A stretch of DNA of 64,000 bases from Gemmatimonadota bacterium. GTDB taxonomy: Bacteria > Gemmatimonadota > Gemmatimonadetes > Gemmatimonadales > Gemmatimonadaceae. Below the pieces are notes generated by a model. It had not been told where the DNA came from and made no database searches. It worked only from the letters and a program-made list of their open reading frames with translations. Position numbers and translations under genes: made by a program. How positions within the stretch are numbered: position 1 is the stretch's first letter; every line of letters begins with the position of its first letter. Shown piece by piece: positions 19,934-28,786 of this stretch. The stretch lies in contig JAZJZK010000011.1 in the NCBI GenBank assembly GCA_040389905.1, forward strand, positions 1-64,000, given 5' to 3'.

Positions 19934-20841
19934 GCGTGTGTGCTCATGTATTGGTCCATGGCCTGCCGAAATGCGCGAATGTGATCGGGTGTGCTTCCGC
20001 AGCACCCCCCGATGATGTTTGCCCCGGCCTCGAGGAGCGGGATCACCCCCCGCACCATCTGCTCGGGTGTTTCGTCGTATACGACCTTGAGGTTCTCGAG
20101 TCGCGGCAGGCCGGCATTCGGCTGCGCCATCACGGGAAGATCCGTCGCGCCCTTGTAGCGCTGTACCGCCTCGCGCGCCCACACCATGTCCATGCCTGTT
20201 CCGCAGTTGAGCGCCACGATGTTGGCGCCCGCGTCCTGCATGAACTCGGCGGCGCGTTCCGGATCGACCCCCATCATGGTGCGAAAGGTCGAGCCGTCGA
20301 GCGTGACATCGTACGCCAGCGAGCCGATGATGCACTTGGCACCCGCGGCTTTTGCCGCGCCGATCGCCAGCCCAAGTTCCTCGAGGCCCGTCTGCGTCTC
20401 GACGATGATCGCGTCGGCGCCGGCGTCGACGAGCGCCGACGTCTGTTCCTCGAACGCTTCACGAACCTGGTCCTCCGTGAAGTCGCCATACGGTTCCATC
20501 AGTCCACCGAACGGTCCGACGTCGCCCAGGACGTAGCCCTCACGCCCGCCAAACGCGTCCCGCGCAATGCGCACGGCCGCTGCATTGATCTCCCGGACAT
20601 CGCCGGCGTATCCATGCCGGTTGAGCATGATGCGCGAACCGCCGAACGTGTTGGTGATGATGCAGTCGGCACCCGCATCCGCATAGCGCTTCTGAATGGC
20701 CAGCACGCGCTCGGGATGTGTGAGGTTCCATGCCTCACCGCACGCACCCTGCTCGAGACCGGCGAACATGAGTTGCGTGCCCATGGCGCCATCACAGAGG
20801 AGCGGGCGTTCCGCGAGTACGTCGAGGAGCAATCGGGTCAT
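19930..20841 (-). CDS. Homocysteine S-methyltransferase-family protein (stand-alone MetH Hcy domain)
   Basis: DGAMGT, TNTFG, ALNCG and GGCCG Zn ligands, QPNAGLP. Confidence 0.93.
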   Translation of the reverse strand: MTRLLLDVLAERPLLCDGAMGTQLMFAGLEQGACGEAWNLTHPERVLAIQKRYADAGADCIITNTFGGSRIMLNRHGYAGDVREINAAAVRIARDAFGGREGYVLGDVGPFGGLMEPYGDFTEDQVREAFEEQTSALVDAGADAIIVETQTGLEELGLAIGAAKAAGAKCIIGSLAYDVTLDGSTFRTMMGVDPERAAEFMQDAGANIVALNCGTGMDMVWAREAVQRYKGATDLPVMAQPNAGLPRLENLKVVYDETPEQMVRGVIPLLEAGANIIGGCCGSTPDHIRAFRQAMDQYMSTHA

Positions 20842-21383
20842 GCCGTTTCGTCAATCCGTGTAGTCGCGGCCGCGCGCTGAACTTTTTCCTGCTGCGCGAG
20901 CGCATAGTGAATCGTTTCGAGGACGAGCCCCCACTTGTGGTCTCGGCTCTCACCCTCACAATAGCAACCAGCGCCGATATCCGGTCGTTCCCATGACAGG
21001 ACATCGTCAAGCGGGTGACGAAGGAGGGGATGCTCGTGCTCGATGGCGGCCATGAGTTGAACGGGCGCCGCGCGGAAGCGGCACATGAAGCGGTGGCCCT
21101 CGTCATTCGGCGCAGGTGCGCAGCGCTCTTCGAGGATGCGGTACCCGTCAGCGCGCGGTCCGACGACAACTTCGTAATGGAATTCGAGTGCGCGGCCGGT
21201 GTTGCTGCACGTCGTGCCGTCGTAACGGAAGCGCGCGATCGTCGACCCGTCGGACTGCGGCATCAGCGTGAGTCGCTCGCTCGACCAGCGGCGAAGTGCC
21301 TTCCCGTTGACCGAGTAGCTCGCGTCGAGGCGCAACGGCTCGTCGACGCGCTCGGCGCTCGACATTTCGGCAGCGTGCGTCAT
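20838..21383 (-). CDS. Cys-rich hypothetical protein
   Basis: Translationally coupled at both ends (ATGA); TTCSN, FMC, GCYCE...HKW. Confidence 0.7.
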   Translation of the reverse strand: MTHAAEMSSAERVDEPLRLDASYSVNGKALRRWSSERLTLMPQSDGSTIARFRYDGTTCSNTGRALEFHYEVVVGPRADGYRILEERCAPAPNDEGHRFMCRFRAAPVQLMAAIEHEHPLLRHPLDDVLSWERPDIGAGCYCEGESRDHKWGLVLETIHYALAQQEKVQRAAATTRIDETA

Positions 21384-22120
21384 GACGCCACTCGGGTGCG
21401 CACGCCGGAGCGACCGTAAGCGCTCCGCCGATATTGACAGCGCGGCAGCGAGCAGCGCTCGCACGGAATGAGGTCCGTGAGTTTCGACACGCGCTCAGTT
21501 TCTCGCGTGACCCCGAATACCGCCAGCAAAGATTTCTTTGGGCGGAGCATGCCCGATTCGAGTACGCTGAGCGCGCCTGGCAACTCGCCGTCTCGACTGA
21601 AGAGCTCGAGCAATCGACCCTGCTCGGCAATGTCCCAGCCGGGATAGCCGGGGCTGTAGTGCGGGAGCACCGCGAGTCCGCGCGCGTCCGCATCCGCACA
21701 GAGCCGAGCACCGGCGAGCGTCACGAGATACTCGACGACGGCGGCGCCGTACACTTCGAGGAAGAAGTACTCGTCGGGCTTGTCGTCCATCCAGCGACGG
21801 TTCGCTTCTGCCTCGAGCTCCGGTCCCGCACTCACCGCGACGAGAATCGCGCGGTCCGCCATGGCGTCCGACAGTGTGGCGCGGAGCCGGCCACTTCGGA
21901 AGAAGGTGCCATCGACGGCCACTGCGCCATCACTCATGCGCAAGTCGCCCGTCTCGCGGGCGTAGATCCATGGGCGGCCGTGCGCCGCGTACCATACCCG
22001 CGACTCGTCGATCAGCTCGACGGCGCGATCATCGAGCTCGTGGTCGCGTGGATAGCCGAGCAGCCGATGATACTCGGCCGCCTGGACATCGATCTCCGGG
22101 GCAAAATCGACGAACGGCAT
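21380..22120 (-). CDS. MetH-type AdoMet reactivation-domain protein
   Basis: HYSPGYPGWDIAEQ, SGMLRPKKS motifs; C-terminal CxxCxxxxC. Confidence 0.8.
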   Translation of the reverse strand: MPFVDFAPEIDVQAAEYHRLLGYPRDHELDDRAVELIDESRVWYAAHGRPWIYARETGDLRMSDGAVAVDGTFFRSGRLRATLSDAMADRAILVAVSAGPELEAEANRRWMDDKPDEYFFLEVYGAAVVEYLVTLAGARLCADADARGLAVLPHYSPGYPGWDIAEQGRLLELFSRDGELPGALSVLESGMLRPKKSLLAVFGVTRETERVSKLTDLIPCERCSLPRCQYRRSAYGRSGVRTRVAS

Positions 22121-23772
22121 CAACCCTCCGCGCCCAGCGGCTGCGGGGATTCGATGCGCTTGAACTGGCATCCATCCACGAAGTAGTCGAAGAACTGCGG
22201 ATGCGTCTCGAGGCGGCAATGCTCGACTCGGCGCACGGCGTCTTCCAACTCGCGACGTTTCGCCATCGAGAGCAGTGCGATGCATGCACCTTCGATGGCG
22301 GCGTTTCCGGCTTGCACGATCTTCACGTCAGGCAAATCCGGAATCAGGCCGATTCGTTTCGCCGCGTCGAGCTTGAGATGACGGCCAAATCCGCCAGCGA
22401 GATAGAAAACGTCGACGTCATCGAACGCGATGCCGTACTGGTTGAAGATCACCTGGAGGCCAGCGACGTTCGCGCCCTTTGCCTGCGCGAGTTCGTTGAC
22501 GTCACTCTCGTTGAAGGTGATGTCGTGGGCGGCGTCAATGTCGAAGCTCGACACACCGTCGTCGAAACGACCCATATCATTCATGCGGCCCGTGCGGAGC
22601 AACTCGCTCATGATGTCGACGAGCCCCGATCCGCAGATGCCTTCAGGCGTTGTCTCGCCAATGACGCCGATCTCGAACGATCCGTCGTCGGTAACGCGCA
22701 CGTCTTCAATTGCGCCATCGAGACCAGGCATCCCGCAGACAATTGCTCCGCCCTCGAACGCCGGGCCGGCGGGGCAGGAGGCCGCGAGGATGCGATGCTT
22801 GTTGCCGAGTATCAGCTCGGTATTCGTGCCGATATCCATGACCGCGACGAGACGATCTTCGTTGGCGACGTCGACGGCGAGCATGCATGCGGCGGCGTCT
22901 GCGCCCACGTGACCGCTCACGATCGGTGCACCGTAGACCCGAGCTTCCGGATGAATGGGCAAGAGCGCGCGGCGTCCCGTCTGCACGAGACTGGTCGTCG
23001 TCCGCTTTCCTTCGGCCATCTCGATTTCCGTGATCGACTGATAGGGATTCTGCCCGATCGAATACACGCTTTGGCGAAAGAAGATGTCGCGCATGGTCGA
23101 GTTGCCGACGACCACCATTTCGTAGATCGTCCGAGGATCCACCGGCAGCGCATCGATGGCGTGCGTCAGATAGCCTGCCAGCGTCCGCATCAGCAGGTTG
23201 CCGCGATGCTCGGTGTCGTAATGAATGCGCGACATGACGTCCGACCCGCCGAAGCGCTGCGGATTCTCGAACGAGGAATCGGCAATCAGCTCGCCGCTTT
23301 CGAGGTCGAACAGTCGCAGAACCACGGTGGTCGTACCAAGGTCCATCGCCAACCCGTGAATCGGCCCAGTGGAGCGCTCGATCTCGCGACCATCGAGCAG
23401 GATGCGGTCGCCATCACGTGTGATTGCCGGCTCGAGCCGGAACGATTCATCTCGCACGGGCAGGCCGTAGGCCTGCCGCTCGATGCGCATCTGTCCGCGC
23501 CGCATCGTGTGACACTTCACCTCGCCGTCGTCGCCGACGGGCCGTGCCTGACAGGAGAGCCGGAATGCGCCGGACAAATGTGATTCGGGCGGAGTGCGCG
23601 CGGACAGCGCGTCCATCCCTTGCGTCACCTCGACCATGCATTCCTTGCACTTCCCATTCATCACACACGACGTCGGCACCTGTATGCCCAACTGCTCGGC
23701 ATACTCGAAAAGCGACAGACCATGATCTGTCGCTTCCGTGGTGGCGCCGTTGATCGTGAGCGTCAGCGCCAT
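22120..23772 (-). CDS. Reductive activator of corrinoid proteins (RACo/ASKHA ATPase with N-terminal 2Fe-2S)
   Basis: CVMNGKCKEC...RLSCQ; DLGTTT, GHVGAD, DIGTNTE, AGPAFEG, GICGSG, LAGGFG, GNAAIEG. Confidence 0.92.
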   Translation of the reverse strand: MALTLTINGATTEATDHGLSLFEYAEQLGIQVPTSCVMNGKCKECMVEVTQGMDALSARTPPESHLSGAFRLSCQARPVGDDGEVKCHTMRRGQMRIERQAYGLPVRDESFRLEPAITRDGDRILLDGREIERSTGPIHGLAMDLGTTTVVLRLFDLESGELIADSSFENPQRFGGSDVMSRIHYDTEHRGNLLMRTLAGYLTHAIDALPVDPRTIYEMVVVGNSTMRDIFFRQSVYSIGQNPYQSITEIEMAEGKRTTTSLVQTGRRALLPIHPEARVYGAPIVSGHVGADAAACMLAVDVANEDRLVAVMDIGTNTELILGNKHRILAASCPAGPAFEGGAIVCGMPGLDGAIEDVRVTDDGSFEIGVIGETTPEGICGSGLVDIMSELLRTGRMNDMGRFDDGVSSFDIDAAHDITFNESDVNELAQAKGANVAGLQVIFNQYGIAFDDVDVFYLAGGFGRHLKLDAAKRIGLIPDLPDVKIVQAGNAAIEGACIALLSMAKRRELEDAVRRVEHCRLETHPQFFDYFVDGCQFKRIESPQPLGAEG

Positions 23773-23773
23773 C

Positions 23774-24760
23774 CTACCAGCTCTTGGCCTCGAACTCCGA
23801 CTTGAGAGCGGCAGCGACTGCGGTCGCCGAGCCCTCGCGATCTTCTTCTTCGCTCCACTTGAACTGCTCGGTGTACGCATCGGCTCCCGTGAAGCCTCGC
23901 TCCTGTGCGGCCGCATCGATGCGCGCAGCGAACGCCGACGGCAGTTCGATACTGATCACATTGCCCGCGTCGTCCTCGACGCGGATCTGCGAGGGTAGCT
24001 CCTGCCAGTAGAGCACCTTGTACGTGGACTTCGTGCCTTCGACGACCGGTTCGTTCGACGCCGCTTCTGCAGCCGTGGCGGCGGCTGACGCAGCTAGCGC
24101 GTCCTCCGCGTCGTGCGCCGCGCCAGCGAGCTTGAGGAAGAGATCCACGGCCGACGATGCATTCTGCCCATACCCATCGGCACCGATTTCGTCCGCGAAC
24201 ATCTGGCTGATCGGCGCGCCGCCAATGGCCATCTTGATGTGTCCGCGCCCCGCGGCCTCGAAGCCGTCGATGACCGTCTTCATGTAAGTCATGGTCGTCG
24301 TCAGCAGCGCGCTCATGCCGATGATCGTCGGGTTCACGCGATCTGCCGCGGCCATGAACTTTTCTACGCTCTGGTCGACGCCGATGTCATGCACCTCGAA
24401 GCCGGCACCTTCGGCCATCATGCACACGAGGTTCTTGCCGATGTCGTGCAGATCGCCGCGAACGGTGCCCATCAGCAGCGTGCCGACTTGCCGCGTCGTA
24501 TTGTCCTTCGCGCTGAGCAGCGGCTTGAGCACCGCCATGCCCGCCTTCATCGCGCGTGCGGCGATGAGGACTTCCGGCACGTAGAGCACGTTGTGCTTGA
24601 AGTCCTCGCCGACGACGCTCATGCCGGCAATCAGCCCTTCATTCATGACTTCCTGGAAGTGCCGGCCCTCGGCCAGTGCGTCCTTCGTCATCTGCTCGAC
24701 TTCCTTCGCCTTTCCCTCGTAGAGGTACTGGTTCATCAACGCGTAATCAGGCATGGCCAT
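23774..24760 (-). CDS. Corrinoid (B12-binding) protein with an extra C-terminal Virulence_fact-like domain
   Basis: Cap domain GLIAGMSVVG; DLHDIG (DxHxxG); SALLTTT; Ala-rich linker then YWQELPSQI...IDAAA. Confidence 0.9.
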   Translation of the reverse strand: MAMPDYALMNQYLYEGKAKEVEQMTKDALAEGRHFQEVMNEGLIAGMSVVGEDFKHNVLYVPEVLIAARAMKAGMAVLKPLLSAKDNTTRQVGTLLMGTVRGDLHDIGKNLVCMMAEGAGFEVHDIGVDQSVEKFMAAADRVNPTIIGMSALLTTTMTYMKTVIDGFEAAGRGHIKMAIGGAPISQMFADEIGADGYGQNASSAVDLFLKLAGAAHDAEDALAASAAATAAEAASNEPVVEGTKSTYKVLYWQELPSQIRVEDDAGNVISIELPSAFAARIDAAAQERGFTGADAYTEQFKWSEEEDREGSATAVAAALKSEFEAKSW

Positions 24761-24761
24761 T

Positions 24762-25823
24762 CTAGCTCCGTCGCTTGGCGTTGAACTCGTCGAGCGCCTG
24801 ACGCATGGCAATGATGTTTTCTCTGGGCATTCCCGGGCTGGTTCCGCCGCCGACGGACAAAATCATGCCGCTGCCGTCTGGATTCGTCCCCGCGGCCAGG
24901 ATCTCCAGCGTCGCTTCGCGCACTTCCTCGGGGGTGCCACGCACGCCGATCTCGAGCGGATTCACGTTCCCCAGCAAGCACATGCGCTTGCCAACCCGCT
25001 CCTTGACCTCGCTGATGTCGGTCTGCTTGCCCCAGTTGAGGACGTTGAAACCCGCATCCGGCAGATGGTCGAGGCACGCCTGCACTTCCGCGTCATTGTG
25101 GTAGAGCTTGACCCAGTCTTTCGGGAATGCGTCGCAGATGCGCTTCAGGTAGGGGTGCGCGAACTCGAGGTAGTGCTCCTCGTTCACGAAGCCGACGATG
25201 TCATCAAGGATGAAGATCCCCTCGACCTGGTCGCCGATCACCTTGTGCTGCGCCTTGAGCCAGTCGATGATGACGTTCGTGCAGAGATCGATCAACCGGT
25301 GCGTCTCTTCCGGCTTCTCGACGATCTCGATCATCAGGTGCGTCGTGCTCCGAACGAAGCCGGCGGTGCAGAGAGGTCCGCGCGCGGTGACGAACGGGAT
25401 GACCTCGCCGAGCGCCTTGATGCGCGGAAGGGCCATCTTGTAGCGGTGGAGCGTCATGGCCGCGAACGCGTCTGCCTCGACCTCGTATTCGGGGAATTCG
25501 TCGATGTCCTCGAGCCGATAAAGCGTGTGATACTCACTCGGCGTGTTGTCTTCCCAGAACTTGATCTTGGCGCCCAGGATCGACGGTTCGGCGGCCATTC
25601 CGTACTCCATCCACCAGGATGGAACCATGATGATGTCCTTGAACTCCTCATTGATCTGCTTGTTCGATTCGAACCAGAGATCGGGGTTCAGATAGTAGTC
25701 CATGTGCTTGATGCCCAGATACCCTGGGATCCACGGACTGTCGACGATGAGCGCCATCGGCACTTCGTCTTGCGGCTCGAGCCGAGCGGCACGCTTGAAA
25801 GTTTCCCACTGCTCCGGACGCAT
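24762..25823 (-). CDS. Uroporphyrinogen decarboxylase-family methyltransferase (MtaA/CmuA-like)
   Basis: GPL, YLEFAHPYLKRI, LYHND, LLGNVNP, GTPEEV, ILSVG; adjacent to a corrinoid protein. Confidence 0.85.
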   Translation of the reverse strand: MRPEQWETFKRAARLEPQDEVPMALIVDSPWIPGYLGIKHMDYYLNPDLWFESNKQINEEFKDIIMVPSWWMEYGMAAEPSILGAKIKFWEDNTPSEYHTLYRLEDIDEFPEYEVEADAFAAMTLHRYKMALPRIKALGEVIPFVTARGPLCTAGFVRSTTHLMIEIVEKPEETHRLIDLCTNVIIDWLKAQHKVIGDQVEGIFILDDIVGFVNEEHYLEFAHPYLKRICDAFPKDWVKLYHNDAEVQACLDHLPDAGFNVLNWGKQTDISEVKERVGKRMCLLGNVNPLEIGVRGTPEEVREATLEILAAGTNPDGSGMILSVGGGTSPGMPRENIIAMRQALDEFNAKRRS

Positions 25824-26064
25824 GGCGATCCTCAGGAATGGACGGCTGGCGCGCGAATCCGCGCCTGGTTGGCGAATCTAAGGCGGTGTGGTAGCTGACG
25901 TTACCACGATAGCTGGCTTTCGCACTTTTGGCGAACAAAAAAGAGGTTGCCCTCAACGAGGCAGGCTTCCGCTCCGTTCTACCGGAAGGTATGATGACCA
26001 GAGGACTTTGAAAGAATGAGAGTTTGGAGAGTCCTTGTCAAGCGTGATCGCAGCCGAGGGGTGA

Positions 26065-27669
26065 ATGGATACTCTGCGTGAAAAGCTGGAGGGTTCGAGC
26101 CGCTTCCTGATAGGAAGCGAACTTGTGTCCGTGCGCGGCGGCATGGCCGAGCGAAGTGCGGTGAAGGCGCGTGACTTTGCGAACCAGATGGTGGCGTGCA
26201 AGGAAATCGACTGGATCTCGATCACGGATAACGCCGGTGGCAATCCGCAGCTCGCCCCGATGGCGCTCGGGAAGCCCATCCTGTACGCGGGCAAGGAGGT
26301 CGTCATCCACCTCACGTGCAAGGACTTGAACCGAAACGGCCTCGAGAGCGAGGCGTGGCTCCTCCATAGCGAGGGCTTCAACAACGTCCTCGCCATGACC
26401 GGCGACTATCCCAACACGCGCGGCGGCGGCACGGCGAAGCCGGTTTTCGACATCGACTCCGTGGCACTCGTCGCCAAACTGAACGAGATGAACCATGGTC
26501 TCGTTCCCAAGGACGCCAGTGGAGCCCCCTCCGGCACGCCGCTCGGCAAAACAAATTTTACGATCGGCGCTGTCACGACGAACTACAAGTTCCACGAAGG
26601 CGAGGTGATGCCGCAGTACCTCAAGCTCGAAAAGAAGGTGGCGAGCGGCGCGCGATTCATCATCAATCAGGTCGGCTACGACTCCCGAAAGGCGCACGAA
26701 CTCCGCCTCTACATGGATTGCCATGCGATGGAGCGGGTTCCGCTCATTGGCAATGTGTATGTGCTCAATGCCCGCGTCGCGAAGATTTTCAGCGAATCTC
26801 GCGTACCGGGCATCGTCGTCTCCGAGCCGCTCCTGCGGCTGTGCGAGGAGCGCGGAAAGGGTCCCGACAAGGGACGCGAGTTCTTCCTCGAACTCGCCGC
26901 GAAGCAGATGGCCATCTTCCGCGGACTCGGTTACCGCGGTGTGTACCTCGGCGGTATTTACGGCTTCGCCGCCACGGAACGCATTCTCGAAATCGAACGG
27001 AGCTTCGCTCCCGACGATTGGCGCTATTTCGCGCGTGAGATTTCCTTCTCGCGCTCGGGTGAGTTCTTCTACTACGCACACGACGCGGCCACCGGTCTCG
27101 CCGACCCCAGCCGTCGCGGCCCCGACACGCCACCGCGACGACGCGGTCTGCATCCTATCTATCGCATTTCGAAGTGGACGCACAAAGCCATCTTCGCGTC
27201 GGACAGCCCGCTCGCCCCGTGGGGCGCCAGGTTGAGTGCCAATGCGAAAGACCCGATGCAGGGGCCATCCGCGCTTCGGGTCGTCGAGCATCTGAGCAAA
27301 TCGGCCATGTTTGGCTGCAAGGATTGCGGCGACTGCTCGCTCCCGGAAATCGCGTACCTCTGTCCCGAATCACAGTGCGCCAAGAACCAGCGGAACGGTC
27401 CCTGCGGCGGGACGCGTGACGGACGCTGTGAGGTTGACGGTTTCGGGGACTGCATCTGGTTGCGCGCGTACGAGCGCGAGAAGCCCGATGGCACGGCGGA
27501 GGGCCTGCTCGCGCACTCGCCCGTGGTCCAGAATCAGGCGCTTCGCGGGACCTCTTCCTGGGCAAACCATTGGCTGGGACGGGATCACACGGCGGCACGA
27601 CTGACTGCCGTCACGCACGACGACGCGCGCACCGCGCGGCCGCAAACGACGAAGGGGACATCCGAATGA
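26065..27669 (+). CDS. metF: Methylenetetrahydrofolate reductase with a fused C-terminal Cys-rich MetV/MTHFR_C-like domain
   Basis: ITDN, HLTCKDLN, MTGDYP, KKVASGARFIINQ; CKDCGDC...CP...CAK...GPCGG...C...CIW. Confidence 0.85.
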   Translation: MDTLREKLEGSSRFLIGSELVSVRGGMAERSAVKARDFANQMVACKEIDWISITDNAGGNPQLAPMALGKPILYAGKEVVIHLTCKDLNRNGLESEAWLLHSEGFNNVLAMTGDYPNTRGGGTAKPVFDIDSVALVAKLNEMNHGLVPKDASGAPSGTPLGKTNFTIGAVTTNYKFHEGEVMPQYLKLEKKVASGARFIINQVGYDSRKAHELRLYMDCHAMERVPLIGNVYVLNARVAKIFSESRVPGIVVSEPLLRLCEERGKGPDKGREFFLELAAKQMAIFRGLGYRGVYLGGIYGFAATERILEIERSFAPDDWRYFAREISFSRSGEFFYYAHDAATGLADPSRRGPDTPPRRRGLHPIYRISKWTHKAIFASDSPLAPWGARLSANAKDPMQGPSALRVVEHLSKSAMFGCKDCGDCSLPEIAYLCPESQCAKNQRNGPCGGTRDGRCEVDGFGDCIWLRAYEREKPDGTAEGLLAHSPVVQNQALRGTSSWANHWLGRDHTAARLTAVTHDDARTARPQTTKGTSE

Positions 27670-28595
27670 CGCAGACCGTCAAGATCATCGGCGACCAGAT
27701 CAACAACGCATATGGTCGCGCGCGCCGAGCGTGGGAGGCGCGCGATCCTGCCGGCTATCAGGAGCTTGCCCGCATGCAGGCTGACAAGGGCGCCGAAGCA
27801 ATCGATCTCAATGTCGACGGCACTGCGCGGCTGTCGGTACGCGTCGAGGAGATGCTGGCGTTTCTGCCGATCGTCGTGCCGGCCATCCAGGACGCGACTG
27901 ACGTCGCGATCTGCTTCGACAATCCGGGGCTGCAGTATCATCAGGTCGGGCTCAAGGCACTCGACCGGAGCCGCTGCCGCACCAAGCCGATTCTCAATTC
28001 CCTGGCGGCGTCGCGTGAGCAGCTCGACGAAATGATCGAGCTGGTGAAGGAGTACGACATGCGCCCGATCGTCATGGCGTCGGAGCGCTTTCTTCCCGAG
28101 GGCGGCGGCGCGCAGTGCTTCGACCCGCAGGACTGCTACAAGACGGTCCTTCAGTTCGTGGACATGCTCGTGACGAAAGCCGATCGGACGGTCGATGACA
28201 TCATCATCGATCCCGGACTGGCTCCCGTTGGCGCGGACACGTACGGCCTGGTCAATATCGGACTCGATGCGATGAAGCTCATCACGGCGGATCCGAACCT
28301 CAAGGGCATTCATTTCTCGGTTGGACTCACGAACTTCGCGTGGGGCACGCCGAAGGGCGTGCGCGACCTGTTGGAGCAGGCGTACCTGACCATTGCCAGC
28401 GAGATTGGACTGGACATGGCGCTTGCGAACATCGAGCGAGCGCCGCAGCCGTTGCCGGCGGACCACGAGATCGTGGCGAGCTTGCGCGAGGCGCTCGAGG
28501 GTGGTCGCGCGGGTGAGGGAGAAAGCCAGGAAGACGCGGGCTTCCGTCAGGCGACGATGATCATGGATATTTGTCGGCCGTATACCGAAGAATAG
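27666..28595 (+). CDS. Pterin-binding methyltetrahydrofolate:corrinoid methyltransferase (AcsE/MetH folate-domain-like)
   Basis: IIGDQIN, GAEAIDLN, ILNS, IIIDP, GLTNFAWG; ATGA overlap with metF. Confidence 0.85.
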   Translation: MTQTVKIIGDQINNAYGRARRAWEARDPAGYQELARMQADKGAEAIDLNVDGTARLSVRVEEMLAFLPIVVPAIQDATDVAICFDNPGLQYHQVGLKALDRSRCRTKPILNSLAASREQLDEMIELVKEYDMRPIVMASERFLPEGGGAQCFDPQDCYKTVLQFVDMLVTKADRTVDDIIIDPGLAPVGADTYGLVNIGLDAMKLITADPNLKGIHFSVGLTNFAWGTPKGVRDLLEQAYLTIASEIGLDMALANIERAPQPLPADHEIVASLREALEGGRAGEGESQEDAGFRQATMIMDICRPYTEE

Positions 28596-28621
28596 ATGGC
28601 CAGTCCGGGCGCGTTCTTCAC

Positions 28622-28761
28622 CGCAGAGGACGCAGAGGAGCAGAGGAACGCAGAGGAAAAGCAACAGCGGGTGCAGACCACTCGCTGCGCTACGGGCGAT
28701 AAACCAGGCATCGTCATCTGCACTTCCGCTCGTTTTGTCGCCCTGAGCGAAGCGAAGGGCC
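28622..28761 (+). repeat. Two REP-like half elements
   Basis: GCAGAGG-family arm (28622-28657) and TTTGTCGCCCTGAGCGAAGCGAAGGGCC (ending at about 28761; a similar sequence is at about 15256-15285). Confidence 0.65.
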
Positions 28762-28786
28762 CGCACCTTCTGTTGGCGCTGTTCGA

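Noticed and set aside
21874..23583. Long plus-strand ORF (569 aa) and similar antisense ORFs across the window
   Set aside because: Shadow frames of well-supported genes in high-GC DNA, with no motifs
24762..25823. hemE (true uroporphyrinogen decarboxylase)
   Set aside because: Lacks the N-terminal RQAGR motif of HemE and sits in a corrinoid methyltransferase operon
25824..26064. Cobalamin or SAM riboswitch in the divergent promoter
   Set aside because: I could not find a B12-box or S-box consensus on either strand; an Rfam scan would settle it
27666..28595. folP (dihydropteroate synthase)
   Set aside because: No TPDSFSDG or SRK motif; the pattern and context fit a methyl-THF:corrinoid methyltransferase
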